The notes beneath the pieces are model-generated. The model made no database searches, was not told the DNA's origin, and worked only from the letters and a program-made list of their open reading frames with translations. 64,000 nt of DNA, taken from Candidatus Fervidifonticultor secundus (GTDB taxonomy: Bacteria > Sysuimicrobiota > Sysuimicrobiia > Sysuimicrobiales > Humicultoraceae). Below, piece by piece: positions 49,769 through 59,330 of this stretch; the first letter of the stretch is position 1; every line of letters starts with the position of its first letter. The translations under genes and the position numbers were made by a program. The stretch covers positions 64,001 to 128,000 of the forward strand of contig JAVKIP010000005.1 in NCBI GenBank assembly GCA_031459385.1, in the 5' to 3' direction.

Positions 49769-51526
49769 CTACCCTCCCGCTGCGGCCTTGGCCCCGAACG
49801 CCTCCGGGAGCCGCTCGAACCAGGTCGTGATGTACGCGCCGAACTGGTCGTTGGGCACTTCCTTCATGCGGGCGATCTCCTCGATCTGCTTCAGGTTCAG
49901 GATCTCGTCCATGAGCACGCCCCGCCGCAGCGCCGCGCTGGCCTCGTCGTAGAACGCGATGATGGCCTTGAGCATCCCGTAGGCCTTCTCCATGGAGCAG
50001 TAGGCGTCCACCTCCGAGAACGACGACTGCTGCAGGAAGTCCTCGCGCAGCATCTTGCCGGCCTCGATCACCAGGCGCTGGTCGTCCTGCAGGGCGTCGG
50101 GCCCCACCAGCTGCACGATCTCCTGCAGCTCGGCCTCGCGCTGCAGCAGGGCCGAAGCGCGGTCGCGCAGGGCCTCGAACCCCTCGGGCATGTGCTCCTT
50201 GTACCACTCCCGGAACAGCGGCGTGTACAGGCTGTAGGAGCGCAGCCAGTGGATGGCCGGGAAGTGGCGGCGGTGGGCCAGGCTGGCGTCCAGCGACCAG
50301 AACGTGCCGACGATGCGCAACGTGGCCTGCGTGACCGGCTCGGAGAGGTCCCCGCCCGGCGGCGAGACCGCGCCCACGACGGTCACCGAGCCGTTGCGCT
50401 CCGGCCGTCCCAGGCAGACGGCGCGGCCGGCCCGCTCGTAGAACGCTGCCAGGCGGCTGGACAGGTACGGTGGGTACCCCTCCTCCGCCGGCATCTCCTC
50501 CAGCCGGGACGAGATCTCGCGCATCGCCTCGGCCCACCGGCTGGTGGAGTCGGCCATCAGCGCCACTTTGTAGCCCTGGTCGCGCCAGTACTCGGCCATG
50601 GTGATGCCGGTGTAGACCGACGCCTCCCGGGCCGCCACCGGCATGTTCGACGTGTTGGCGATGATGATCGTGCGCTCCATGAGCGGGCGGCCGCTGCGCG
50701 GGTCCTCCAGCTCCGGGAACTCGTCGAGCACGTGGGTCATCTCGTTGCCGCGCTCGCCGCACCCCACGTAGATGATGACGTCGGCGTTGGACCACTTGGC
50801 CAGCGTCTGCTGCATGACGGTCTTGCCCGAGCCGAAGGGGCCGGGAATGGCTGCCGCGCCGCCCATCGCCACCGGGAAGAGGACGTCGATGATGCGCTGG
50901 CCGGAGATGAACGGCTCCCGCGGGTCCAGCTTGCGCGCCACGGGCCGGGGGACGCGCACGGGCCAGCGGTGCGCCAGCCGGAGCTCCGTACCGTCGTCCA
51001 GGCGGCCGATCACCTCGTCCACGGTGAACTCGCCCGAGCGCAGGTCCGCCAGCGTCCCGCCCCGCACCCCCGGCGGCACCAGGATCCGATGCTGGAACCC
51101 GAACTCCTGCACCCAGCCCAGGACGTCGCCGGGGGCGAGCGCCTGGCCGGGCTGCGCCGTGGCGGTGAACGCCCATTTTTTCGTGCGGTCGAGGGCCTCG
51201 GTCATCGCGCCGCGTGCGATGAAATCGCCCTTCTGGCGCCGCACGCTCTCCAGCGGCCGCTGGATGCCGTCGAAGATCGACGTGAGCAGTCCGGGCCCCA
51301 GCTCCAGCGACAGCGGCGAGCCGGTGGTGACCAGCGGCTCGCCGACCTGCAGCCCCGAGGTATCCTCGTAGACCTGGATGAAGGCGGTGGCCCCGTCCAG
51401 GCGGATGATCTCACCCAGCAGGCCCTCGCGTCCCACGCGGACCAGATCGTACATCCGCGCCCCGGGGATTCCCCGGGCGATGACCGCCGGTCCGGCGATC
51501 TTGATGATCTCGCCCTGCGTCGCCAT
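49769..51526 (-). CDS. V/A-type ATP synthase subunit A
   Basis: [30 protein letters not shown]; no intein. Confidence 0.98.
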   Translation of the reverse strand: MATQGEIIKIAGPAVIARGIPGARMYDLVRVGREGLLGEIIRLDGATAFIQVYEDTSGLQVGEPLVTTGSPLSLELGPGLLTSIFDGIQRPLESVRRQKGDFIARGAMTEALDRTKKWAFTATAQPGQALAPGDVLGWVQEFGFQHRILVPPGVRGGTLADLRSGEFTVDEVIGRLDDGTELRLAHRWPVRVPRPVARKLDPREPFISGQRIIDVLFPVAMGGAAAIPGPFGSGKTVMQQTLAKWSNADVIIYVGCGERGNEMTHVLDEFPELEDPRSGRPLMERTIIIANTSNMPVAAREASVYTGITMAEYWRDQGYKVALMADSTSRWAEAMREISSRLEEMPAEEGYPPYLSSRLAAFYERAGRAVCLGRPERNGSVTVVGAVSPPGGDLSEPVTQATLRIVGTFWSLDASLAHRRHFPAIHWLRSYSLYTPLFREWYKEHMPEGFEALRDRASALLQREAELQEIVQLVGPDALQDDQRLVIEAGKMLREDFLQQSSFSEVDAYCSMEKAYGMLKAIIAFYDEASAALRRGVLMDEILNLKQIEEIARMKEVPNDQFGAYITTWFERLPEAFGAKAAAGG

Positions 51527-51537
51527 CGCCCTGCCTC

Positions 51538-51855
51538 CTACCGCAGCTTCACGTAGAACCCGATGTGCTCCTTGACCAGCCGCGCCACGTACTGCTCGGC
51601 GCTCTCGACTTCGGCCTCCGGCGCCGGGAACGGCACGATGATCGGCAGATCCCGGCCGCGCAGCAGCCGGGCCCGCTCATCGGCGGTGCCCTGGAGCAGC
51701 GCCTCGTTGATGGCCACCAGACCGTAGTCCAGGGCCACGAACTGCCGCAGGTGCTCCAGGGCCTCCTGCGGCGTGGCCGCCTCGTGCACCTCCACGCCGG
51801 CCAGCCGGAAACCCGTGGCCGTCTCGGGGTCGGTGATGACGCCGAACCTATACAA
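51538..51855 (-). CDS. V/A-type ATP synthase subunit F
   Basis: [15 protein letters not shown] at the C-terminus; TTG start. Confidence 0.92.
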   Translation of the reverse strand: MYRFGVITDPETATGFRLAGVEVHEAATPQEALEHLRQFVALDYGLVAINEALLQGTADERARLLRGRDLPIIVPFPAPEAEVESAEQYVARLVKEHIGFYVKLR

Positions 51856-52879
51856 GGAGCATCTCCCGGCGCACCTGCTCCTTCGGCAGGCCGAAGACCT
51901 TGCCCCGCGCAATCAGCCGCAGGTTCGCCACCTCCGCGGTCTTCATGGCCAGGAAGCCCACGACGATGTCGATACCCAGCGGGTCGCCTAGGTAGTAACG
52001 CACCAGCGTCCTGGCCACATGATAGTCCAGCTCCCGCTCGAACGCCACGAGATCGCGGGGCAGCTCCTTCACCGGGAAGCCGTGCACCCGCAGCCGCTCC
52101 CAGGCCGCAGCCTGCGTCTGGCTGCTCGACAGCCCCAGGAACAGCTTGTCGGTGACGATGGCACCGCCGGGGATGTAGAACTGCAGCCGCCGGGCCTCGG
52201 GCAGCGGTCCGGCCAGGGCCAGCTTGAGCGCCGTCTTGACGTCGGCGGCATCGATCTCGGCCCGGAAGACCTCGCGCAGCACCTCGGCGTCGTGCCCCCG
52301 TCTGGCCGCGCGCGCCAGGCCCCAGTCCGCGTAGGCACGCTCCAGCCGCAGCTCCAGCGCCATCAGGTCCTGGTCCTGCGCGTACGCCGCGACCCCTTCG
52401 GCCAGTGGGCCCGCCAGCGGGTGGTTGACGGCCTCCAGCGTGCCGGCCAGCGCCGCCATGTCGGGGTAGCCCGCCATCTCCTTCAGGAGCGTCTCGCTGA
52501 GGTTGCCGGCCGGCACCAGCGCCGCGACGATCTCATCTGCGGGGCGGCCGGCGTGCTTCCCGCGGACGATGGCCCGCAGGTTCTGCAGGTCCCAGCGCAG
52601 CAGCAGCGTCTCCAGCAGCGTGCGCGCCTGGCCGTCGGCGAAGCTCAGGATCGCCCGCGTCGTGCGCTGCAGGTTGTGGGCCAGCGCCTCGTCGACGGCC
52701 CGCACGCCCTGGGTGCGGACCAGCGCCTCCTGCAGATCCTCGCCGTAAGGCGTGGTCGCCAGCGCCTGGAGGAACGCGTCGAAGGTCGCGGCCCCCAGCA
52801 GCTCCTCCAGGCGTCCGGCCGACAACAGCCGGCTGCGCATGGCTCGCACCCGCGCGTTGATGTAGGGGAAGTCCGGCAT
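51848..52879 (-). CDS. V/A-type ATP synthase subunit C (d)
   Basis: YINARVRAMRSRLL, WDLQNL, EVANLRLIARGK motifs. Confidence 0.93.
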   Translation of the reverse strand: MPDFPYINARVRAMRSRLLSAGRLEELLGAATFDAFLQALATTPYGEDLQEALVRTQGVRAVDEALAHNLQRTTRAILSFADGQARTLLETLLLRWDLQNLRAIVRGKHAGRPADEIVAALVPAGNLSETLLKEMAGYPDMAALAGTLEAVNHPLAGPLAEGVAAYAQDQDLMALELRLERAYADWGLARAARRGHDAEVLREVFRAEIDAADVKTALKLALAGPLPEARRLQFYIPGGAIVTDKLFLGLSSSQTQAAAWERLRVHGFPVKELPRDLVAFERELDYHVARTLVRYYLGDPLGIDIVVGFLAMKTAEVANLRLIARGKVFGLPKEQVRREMLLV

Positions 52880-52891
52880 GCGCGCGGGCGC

Positions 52892-53470
52892 CTACTCCCA
52901 GAGCAGGCGTGCGATCTCGCCGGCGAGCATCGGGCGCGCGCGCTCCAGCCGCGACGCCAGGGTATTGGTGACGACGAACCGGCCGTCGGCCGAGGCGACC
53001 CGCGCGCCGCCCCGCACCGCCGGGTCGGTCGTGACCCGCACCTGCCAGCCGTGCCGGCGCACCACGGCCTGCGCCACCGGTGCATCCGCGGGGTGGACGG
53101 TGATCACCGCCGCGCTCCCCAGGCTGGCCACGGCTTCCTCGATGAACGTCTGCAGGGCCGCCGGGTAGGCCTGGGCATCCTGGCCCAGCCGCGCCAGTTC
53201 GGCCTCGGCCTCGGCGAAGACCTTCCCGATCTCCTCCTCTTTGGCCCGGAGCACCAGCGACGTGGCGCGCAGCTGCGCGGTGCTCTGCGCCTTGGTCATG
53301 GCCGCCCGGTACTCGGCCTCCAGCCGCTCGCGGTGGCGAGCCACCAGCTCAGCGGCCTGCTGCCGCGCCGCAGCCACGATGGCCTCGGCCTGGGTGCGGG
53401 CCTCGGCGAGAATCTGCTCGCGCTCTGCCTGGGCCTCCCGCTCGAGGAGGGCGATCAGCTCTGACGCCAT
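52892..53470 (-). CDS. V/A-type ATP synthase subunit E
   Basis: Coiled coil plus GG...NTL C-domain; operon position. Confidence 0.9.
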   Translation of the reverse strand: MASELIALLEREAQAEREQILAEARTQAEAIVAAARQQAAELVARHRERLEAEYRAAMTKAQSTAQLRATSLVLRAKEEEIGKVFAEAEAELARLGQDAQAYPAALQTFIEEAVASLGSAAVITVHPADAPVAQAVVRRHGWQVRVTTDPAVRGGARVASADGRFVVTNTLASRLERARPMLAGEIARLLWE

Positions 53471-53485
53471 GACGCCGCCCGGGGG

Positions 53486-53806
53486 CTAGAGCCGGCCGAC
53501 GATGAAGAAGGCCACGAGGAAGCCGAAGATGATGAGCGTCTCGGGCAGGACCAGGAAGATCAGCATCTGGCCGCCGATCTCGGGCCGCTCGGCCATGGCG
53601 CCCGCCGCCGCTGAGCCGATGCGCGACTGCGCCCACGCGGTGCCGATGGCGCCGCCGAAGACCGCCAGGGCGGCGGCCAGGGCCATCAGCCCGTGCGCCA
53701 TGGTGATCTGGCGCGCGCCCTCGGCCGGGGTCTCGGCCGCCAGGGCAGGGCTCGCGACCGTCAGCGCCACCAGGGTGAGCATCAGCGCAAGCAGGACCGT
53801 CTTCAA
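53486..53806 (-). CDS. V/A-type ATP synthase proteolipid subunit K (c)
   Basis: AQSRIG...AERPE...LPET; leader ending ALA; TTG start after GGAGG. Confidence 0.93.
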   Translation of the reverse strand: MKTVLLALMLTLVALTVASPALAAETPAEGARQITMAHGLMALAAALAVFGGAIGTAWAQSRIGSAAAGAMAERPEIGGQMLIFLVLPETLIIFGFLVAFFIVGRL

Positions 53807-53807
53807 G

Positions 53808-55778
53808 CTAGTCACCTCCTGTTTTCTGGAGCGGCTGGTACGACGTGCCGGTCTCATCGTGGTACTTGACCTTGGTGAGGAACTCGACCCAGTTGAGACG
53901 GGCGGGCTGGATGATGTGGCCGGCGATCGTGAAGAGGAAGAAGATCATCTGGAACGCGATGCCGGCCAGCACGCCGATCCACACCGGCCCCAGCTGGCCG
54001 CCCAGCTCATTGGCGACGTTGGCCAGCACGGCCGCGGCCAGCCCCACGCCGAACAACCGGGCGTAGGACAGCACGTTGCCCATGCCCGAGATCGCCTCGA
54101 GCAGCCACATCAGGGCGAACCGGCTCACCACGACGCCGAGGGCGACGAACACCACGAAGGCCCCCAACAGCAGCATCCCGGGCCGCTGCACCGCCGCCGG
54201 CAACTGCCCGCCCATGGCGCCCAGCACCGCCACGAGCCCGAGCACGCCGGTCAACATCGCCAGCGACTCGAGCACGCCGAAGGTGTGCCGGTGCCGCAGC
54301 GCCACGACCAGGTGCAGCACGTAGCCCAGCACGATCTGCACCAGCCCCAACGCCACGGTGAACTTGAAGAACGCAATGGTCAACTCGACGCGGTTGAAGA
54401 GCGGATGGAGCCCGAAGTAGTGCTCGAGCAGGTTCCCGAACACCTCGAGGTACAGCACGCCGAAGATCATCGCCCAGGCGGCCAGGATGCGGATGATCCA
54501 CGACGCGTCGGCCAGGGCCGCGGGCCCCAGCTTCATGCCCAGCTGCACCGGGCCGACCCCCACCTCCCACGTCTCGCCGCGCCGGGCCTTGGCGCGCAGC
54601 CACCAGCCGAACGCGAAGAGCAAGGCGCCGTAGGCTACGTCGCCGATGACGATGCCGACGAACAGGGGGAAGAAGACCGCCAGGAAGATCGTGGGATCCA
54701 GGCTGCCGTAGCGCGGCGGCTTGAACAGGGCCAGCATGCGCTGGAACGGCCGGATCGGCGCGGGATTGTCCAGCAGCACGGGCACGTGCGCCGCCTCGTG
54801 GGGGTCGGCCGGCGCGTCGTAGACGACCACGTCGTGGGCAAAGCGCCTGCGCAGCACGCCGCGCACCTCGGCGACGCGCGGTGCCGGCACCCAGCCGTGG
54901 AGGATGAAGGTGTAGCGCGACTGGGCCAGCTGCGGCAGCGCGCGCAGCTGTGCCAGGCGGTCGGCCACCTCGGCGCGGATCGCCGCCACCTGCGGCCGGT
55001 ACCGCCGGGCCACCTCCTCCAGCTGGCGGCCGATCGCCTCCAGCTCGGCCGGCAGCTCGGCCCGACGGCGCTCCATGAGCCGCACCGCCTCCAGCGGCGG
55101 GTACGACGCGTAGCGCGCCGGCAGCCGCAGTTCGGAGATGCCGGCCTGGGTGAGGAAGCCCCGGACGGCCTCGGCATCGCGGTGCAGGTAGGCCACCACC
55201 ACGCCGATCTTGCCTTCCTCGATGATCCGGCTGACGACCTCGACGCGCCCGCCCGTGAGCGCCGTGAGCTGGTGGCGCAGCGCCTGGACCACGGCCAGGT
55301 CTTTGCCGCGCATGATGAAGCCCACGGACTCGAAGTTCCGGCTGCCCTGGAGCGCGCCCAGCAGGGGGGAGAGGACGCGCACCGCGCCCTCGTAGGTCCG
55401 GATGAGCTCCAGCTCCTCCTGGGCGTCCAGCCGGCGGCGCACCAGCGCCTGCACGTCGGCCTCGATGGCGGCCACCGCGGCGTCCAGAGCGGCCTCGTTG
55501 GCCCCAGCGATCGCCGCGGCGTCGGCCGCCGGTCCGCCGCCCGCCAGGGGTCCGCCGGCCGGCAGCAGCTTCAGCAGCCCGTCGGCCCGCATCAGCAGCC
55601 GCTCGAGGACCTGCTGCCGGGCGGCCGTGGCGTCGTCCACCTCCACCGCGCCCGCCGGGGCTTCCTCGGCCTCGATGCGGTCGACGTGCACGACGCCCAG
55701 GCGCTGCACCTCGTCCAGCACCGAGCCCAGCAGCCGCTTGGGCCCGAACACCAGTACCCGGTGCATCTCGACGATCAC
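53808..55778 (-). CDS. V/A-type ATP synthase subunit I (a)
   Basis: DPT, GDVAYG, LSYARL, RLNWVEF motifs. Confidence 0.95.
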   Translation of the reverse strand: MIVEMHRVLVFGPKRLLGSVLDEVQRLGVVHVDRIEAEEAPAGAVEVDDATAARQQVLERLLMRADGLLKLLPAGGPLAGGGPAADAAAIAGANEAALDAAVAAIEADVQALVRRRLDAQEELELIRTYEGAVRVLSPLLGALQGSRNFESVGFIMRGKDLAVVQALRHQLTALTGGRVEVVSRIIEEGKIGVVVAYLHRDAEAVRGFLTQAGISELRLPARYASYPPLEAVRLMERRRAELPAELEAIGRQLEEVARRYRPQVAAIRAEVADRLAQLRALPQLAQSRYTFILHGWVPAPRVAEVRGVLRRRFAHDVVVYDAPADPHEAAHVPVLLDNPAPIRPFQRMLALFKPPRYGSLDPTIFLAVFFPLFVGIVIGDVAYGALLFAFGWWLRAKARRGETWEVGVGPVQLGMKLGPAALADASWIIRILAAWAMIFGVLYLEVFGNLLEHYFGLHPLFNRVELTIAFFKFTVALGLVQIVLGYVLHLVVALRHRHTFGVLESLAMLTGVLGLVAVLGAMGGQLPAAVQRPGMLLLGAFVVFVALGVVVSRFALMWLLEAISGMGNVLSYARLFGVGLAAAVLANVANELGGQLGPVWIGVLAGIAFQMIFFLFTIAGHIIQPARLNWVEFLTKVKYHDETGTSYQPLQKTGGD

Positions 55779-56137
55779 GCGGGCCTCCCGCGCACCACGC
55801 GATCCACCACCAGCCGGACAGCGCGTGCGCGGTGCGCGGCCGCCTGGCGCCGCAGCGCCTCCACCTCCTGCTGCGCCCGCGCGTGGTACTGCGCCTGGAT
55901 CTGCGCCGTCTCGGCCGCGAGCCGCTCCTCGTGCTGGCGCGACAGCGCCGCCGCTTCCTCCCGCGCCTGCTGGAGGATCTGCTCGGCCTCGGCACGCGCG
56001 CGGGCCAGCAGCGCGGCGGCCTCCTGCCGCGCCGCGGACACCGTGACCTCGAGTTCCTTTTCCTTGAGAGCGATCAGCTGAAGGAGATTCTCGTCTTTGC
56101 GGTCGTCGTGCCCATGACCAGCCTTCTGCGCGCTCAT
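55775..56137 (-). CDS. V/A-type ATP synthase subunit G/H
   Basis: Ala/Glu/Arg coiled coil; first gene of the operon; coupled to subunit I. Confidence 0.8.
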   Translation of the reverse strand: MSAQKAGHGHDDRKDENLLQLIALKEKELEVTVSAARQEAAALLARARAEAEQILQQAREEAAALSRQHEERLAAETAQIQAQYHARAQQEVEALRRQAAAHRARAVRLVVDRVVRGRPA

Positions 56138-56211
56138 TCGGCCTGCCCCTTGGGAACCCGTCGCAAGAAACCCCCAGGTCGCCTCACCCTGGGGGCACAC
56201 ACACCGCCCGC

Positions 56212-56240
56212 AGGATAGCAAACGCCCCGGGGGGCGTCAA
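56212..56240 (-). promoter_or_regulatory. Sigma70 promoter of the ATP synthase operon
   Basis: TTGACG-N17-TATCCT with TG extension. Confidence 0.7.
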
Positions 56241-56321
56241 GCCGCGACAGATGCGGGCGGACGCGCACTGCGTGCTGCCGTCCGCGCATCCGCGCGTCCG
56301 CGGCGCCGCCGCGGTCGACCG

Positions 56322-57764
56322 TTAGAACCGGGCCAGGAGCCCCGCCGTCCGCACCAGCTCGATGAAGGGCTGGGGGAAGACGCCCACGAGCAGCGTGCCC
56401 ACGGCCGCCACGCCCAGCGCCAGCCGCAGCGGCGCGGGCTCCCCCAGCGCCGTCGGCGACGTCGGCGGCAGCAGGTACATGACGCGGATGACGTTCACGT
56501 AGTAGTAGAGGGCGATCACGCTGTTCACCACGCCCACCGCCGCCAGCCACAGCAGCCCGTTGTTGATGGCGGCGCCGAACAGGTAGAACTTGCCGAGGAA
56601 ACCCGCCGTGGGCGGAATGCCCGTTAGCGACAGCATGAACAGCGCCATGAGGGCCGCCAGGCCTGGGGCGCGCTGGGCCAGGCCCGCGTAGTCGGGGATC
56701 GCGTCGGAGCCCAGCCGCTGCCCCACGACGATGGCCACGAAGAACGCGCCCAGGTTGGTGAAGGTGTAGGCCAGCACGTACAGCAGCAGGCCCGGGGTCC
56801 CGAAGTCGCCCTGGTAGGCCGCCACGCCGATGAGCAGGAAGCCGGCGTGGGAGATGCTGGAATAGGCCAGCATGCGCTTGATGTTCCGCTGGGGCAGCGC
56901 CAGCAGGTTCCCCAGGGTCATGCTCAGCGCCGACAGTCCGGCGATCAACGTGATCCAGTCCACGGAGGTGGGCGCCAGGGCCACCACCAGCAGGCGCACC
57001 AGCGCTGCGAAGCCGGCGGCCTTGGACGCCACCGAGAGGTAGGCGGCGATCGGCGTCGGCGCGCCCTCGTAGACGTCGGGCGTCCACTGGTGGAACGGCA
57101 CCATAGAGATCTTGAACCCAAACCCTGCCAGCGACAGCACCAGCGCCACCACCACGGCCGGCTGCGGCGCGGCCCGGAGCTTGGTGGCGATGGCGTACAG
57201 GTTGGTCTCACCGGTCAGACCGTAGAGCACCGAGAAGCCGTACAGCATCACCGCCGAGGCGCCGGCACCGAACAGGAAGTACTTGATGCCCGCCTCGGTA
57301 CTGCGCGCGTCGGCCTTCAAGTAGCCCGCCAGCACGTAGGACGTCAGGCTCACGAACTCGATGGCCAGGGCCAGGAGGATCAGATCAGCGCTGCCGGCCA
57401 TGAGCACGAGGCCCAGGGCCGTGAAGACCAGCAGCGCGTACAGCTCGCCCTCGTGGGCGGTCTGGCCCCTGAAGTAGTCCATGGCCGACAGCGTCACGAG
57501 CACAGTGGACCCCACGACCACCAGTTTGAAGAAGGTCGCGAAGCCGTCCACCGCGTAGGTGTTGAAGAAGACGGTGCGGACCGGCTCCCCCAGCATGCTC
57601 ACGATGGGCCCGAGCCCCAGCACGAGGCCCACCACCGCCGCCCAGCCCACCACCGTCTTGCGGCCCGCGGGCAGCGCCAGGTCCAGCACCAGCAGGACCA
57701 GCCCGAGGGCCGTCAGCCAGTACTCGGGGCGCAGCGCCCAGAGCTCTTCCCGCGGAAAGGGCAT
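56322..57764 (-). CDS. nuoN: Complex I subunit N
   Basis: EAGIKYF, FKISMVPFHQWTPDVYEGAP, KRMLAYSSISH motifs. Confidence 0.95.
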   Translation of the reverse strand: MPFPREELWALRPEYWLTALGLVLLVLDLALPAGRKTVVGWAAVVGLVLGLGPIVSMLGEPVRTVFFNTYAVDGFATFFKLVVVGSTVLVTLSAMDYFRGQTAHEGELYALLVFTALGLVLMAGSADLILLALAIEFVSLTSYVLAGYLKADARSTEAGIKYFLFGAGASAVMLYGFSVLYGLTGETNLYAIATKLRAAPQPAVVVALVLSLAGFGFKISMVPFHQWTPDVYEGAPTPIAAYLSVASKAAGFAALVRLLVVALAPTSVDWITLIAGLSALSMTLGNLLALPQRNIKRMLAYSSISHAGFLLIGVAAYQGDFGTPGLLLYVLAYTFTNLGAFFVAIVVGQRLGSDAIPDYAGLAQRAPGLAALMALFMLSLTGIPPTAGFLGKFYLFGAAINNGLLWLAAVGVVNSVIALYYYVNVIRVMYLLPPTSPTALGEPAPLRLALGVAAVGTLLVGVFPQPFIELVRTAGLLARF

Positions 57765-57776
57765 GGCGGCCGCCCT

Positions 57777-59282
57777 CTAGCGCAGCGCGGTGACCAGAAC
57801 GGTCATGGCGCCGTTGATCACGTCCAGCAGCGGGCGGGGGTAGACGCCGAAGACCAGCATCAGCGCCGCCAGCGGCACCAGCGCCATCGCCTCGCGCCGG
57901 TCGAGGTCGGCCAACATGGCCCACTTCGGGTTCAGCGGGCCGAGGAAGATGCGCTGGATCGTCCAGAGGAACATGGCGGCCGAGAAGATCACGCCGGTCA
58001 CGGCGATGACGGTCAGCTCCGGGAAGATGCCGAAGGCGCCCACGAAGATGAGGAACTCGGCGACGAAGCCCATGAGCCCCGGCAGGCCCAGCGACGCCAG
58101 CATGGCCATGGTGGTGATCCCGGTGTACACCGGCAGCACCGCACCCAGGCCGCCGAAGTCGTCCACCCCGCGGGTGTGCGTCCGGTAGTCGTAGATCACG
58201 CCCACGATGAGGAACAGCGCGCCAGTGATGATGCCGTGAGCGATCATCTCGAAGACCGCACCGTTGAGGGCCATGGTGGCAGCGGCCGCCTTCTCCGGCA
58301 TCCCCACGGCCGCGGCGGCCGCGGCCGTGCCCAGCATGACGTAGCCCATGTGGTTGACGCTGGAGTAGGCCACGAGCTTCTTCAGGTCGGGCTGCGCCAT
58401 GGCCACCAGGGCGCCGTAGACGATGCCCACCAGGGCCAGCACCGCCACCACCGGCGCGTAGGCTTTGAACGCCTCGGGCAGCATGGGCAGGCTGACGCGC
58501 ACGAAGCCGTAAGTGCCCATCTTCAGCAGGATGCCCGCCAGGATCACACTGCCCGCCGTGGGGGCCTCGACGTGCGCGTCGGGCAGCCACGTGTGGAACG
58601 GCCACATGGGCACCTTGATGGCGAACGAGAGGAAGAAGCCCCAGAACGCCAGGGCCGCCAGCAGCGGCGCCCTGGCCAGCGGCTGCTGCTTGATGAGGTC
58701 GAGGATGCTGAATGTGCGCGGGTCGCTGTTGAAATAGAGCAGCAGGATCGCCAGCAGCATGGCCAGCGAGCCCACCAGCGTATAGAGGAAGAACTTGATG
58801 GCGGCGTACTCACGCCGCGGCCCACCCCAGATGCCGATGAGGAAGTACATGGGCACCAGGGTGATCTCCCAGAAGACATAGAAGAGGAAGAAGTCCAGGG
58901 CCACGAAGACGCCGTTCATGCCCGTCTCGAGCAGCAGGAACAGGAACAGGTATTCCTTCACCCGGTGGTCAACGCGCCACGAGTAGACGACGGAGAGCGC
59001 CGTCAGCAGCGTCGTGAGGATCAGCAGCGGCAGGCTCAGGCCGTCGATGCCCAGATGGTAGTTGATCCCCGCCGCGGGGATCCACGGCACCAGCGTCTCC
59101 AGCTGCATGCCCGGCCGGCCTACCTCGAAGGGGACCAGCACGTATACCGAGACCAGGAACGTGGCCAGCGAGGCGACCAGCGCCACCCAGCGCATCGACT
59201 CCTCGCCGCCCTTGGGGATGAGCAGCACGATCGCCCCCCCGACCAGCGGGAGGAAGACCGTGGTCGTCAGCAGCCAGTCCAT
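57777..59282 (-). CDS. nuoM: Complex I subunit M
   Basis: FWEITLVP, KVPMWPFHTWLPDAHVEAP, LLKMG, FVAE motifs. Confidence 0.95.
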   Translation of the reverse strand: MDWLLTTTVFLPLVGGAIVLLIPKGGEESMRWVALVASLATFLVSVYVLVPFEVGRPGMQLETLVPWIPAAGINYHLGIDGLSLPLLILTTLLTALSVVYSWRVDHRVKEYLFLFLLLETGMNGVFVALDFFLFYVFWEITLVPMYFLIGIWGGPRREYAAIKFFLYTLVGSLAMLLAILLLYFNSDPRTFSILDLIKQQPLARAPLLAALAFWGFFLSFAIKVPMWPFHTWLPDAHVEAPTAGSVILAGILLKMGTYGFVRVSLPMLPEAFKAYAPVVAVLALVGIVYGALVAMAQPDLKKLVAYSSVNHMGYVMLGTAAAAAAVGMPEKAAAATMALNGAVFEMIAHGIITGALFLIVGVIYDYRTHTRGVDDFGGLGAVLPVYTGITTMAMLASLGLPGLMGFVAEFLIFVGAFGIFPELTVIAVTGVIFSAAMFLWTIQRIFLGPLNPKWAMLADLDRREAMALVPLAALMLVFGVYPRPLLDVINGAMTVLVTALR

Positions 59283-59330
59283 CCCGATGCGTTCCTCCTC
59301 GTTCCTCCTCTGTGGCGTCCCGCGCGCCCC

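Noticed and set aside
48348..51176. 942-aa ORF as a fused or extended ATPase B subunit
   Set aside because: The N-terminal half is an off-frame overlap with subunit A; the real B starts at 49763 (MELATK).
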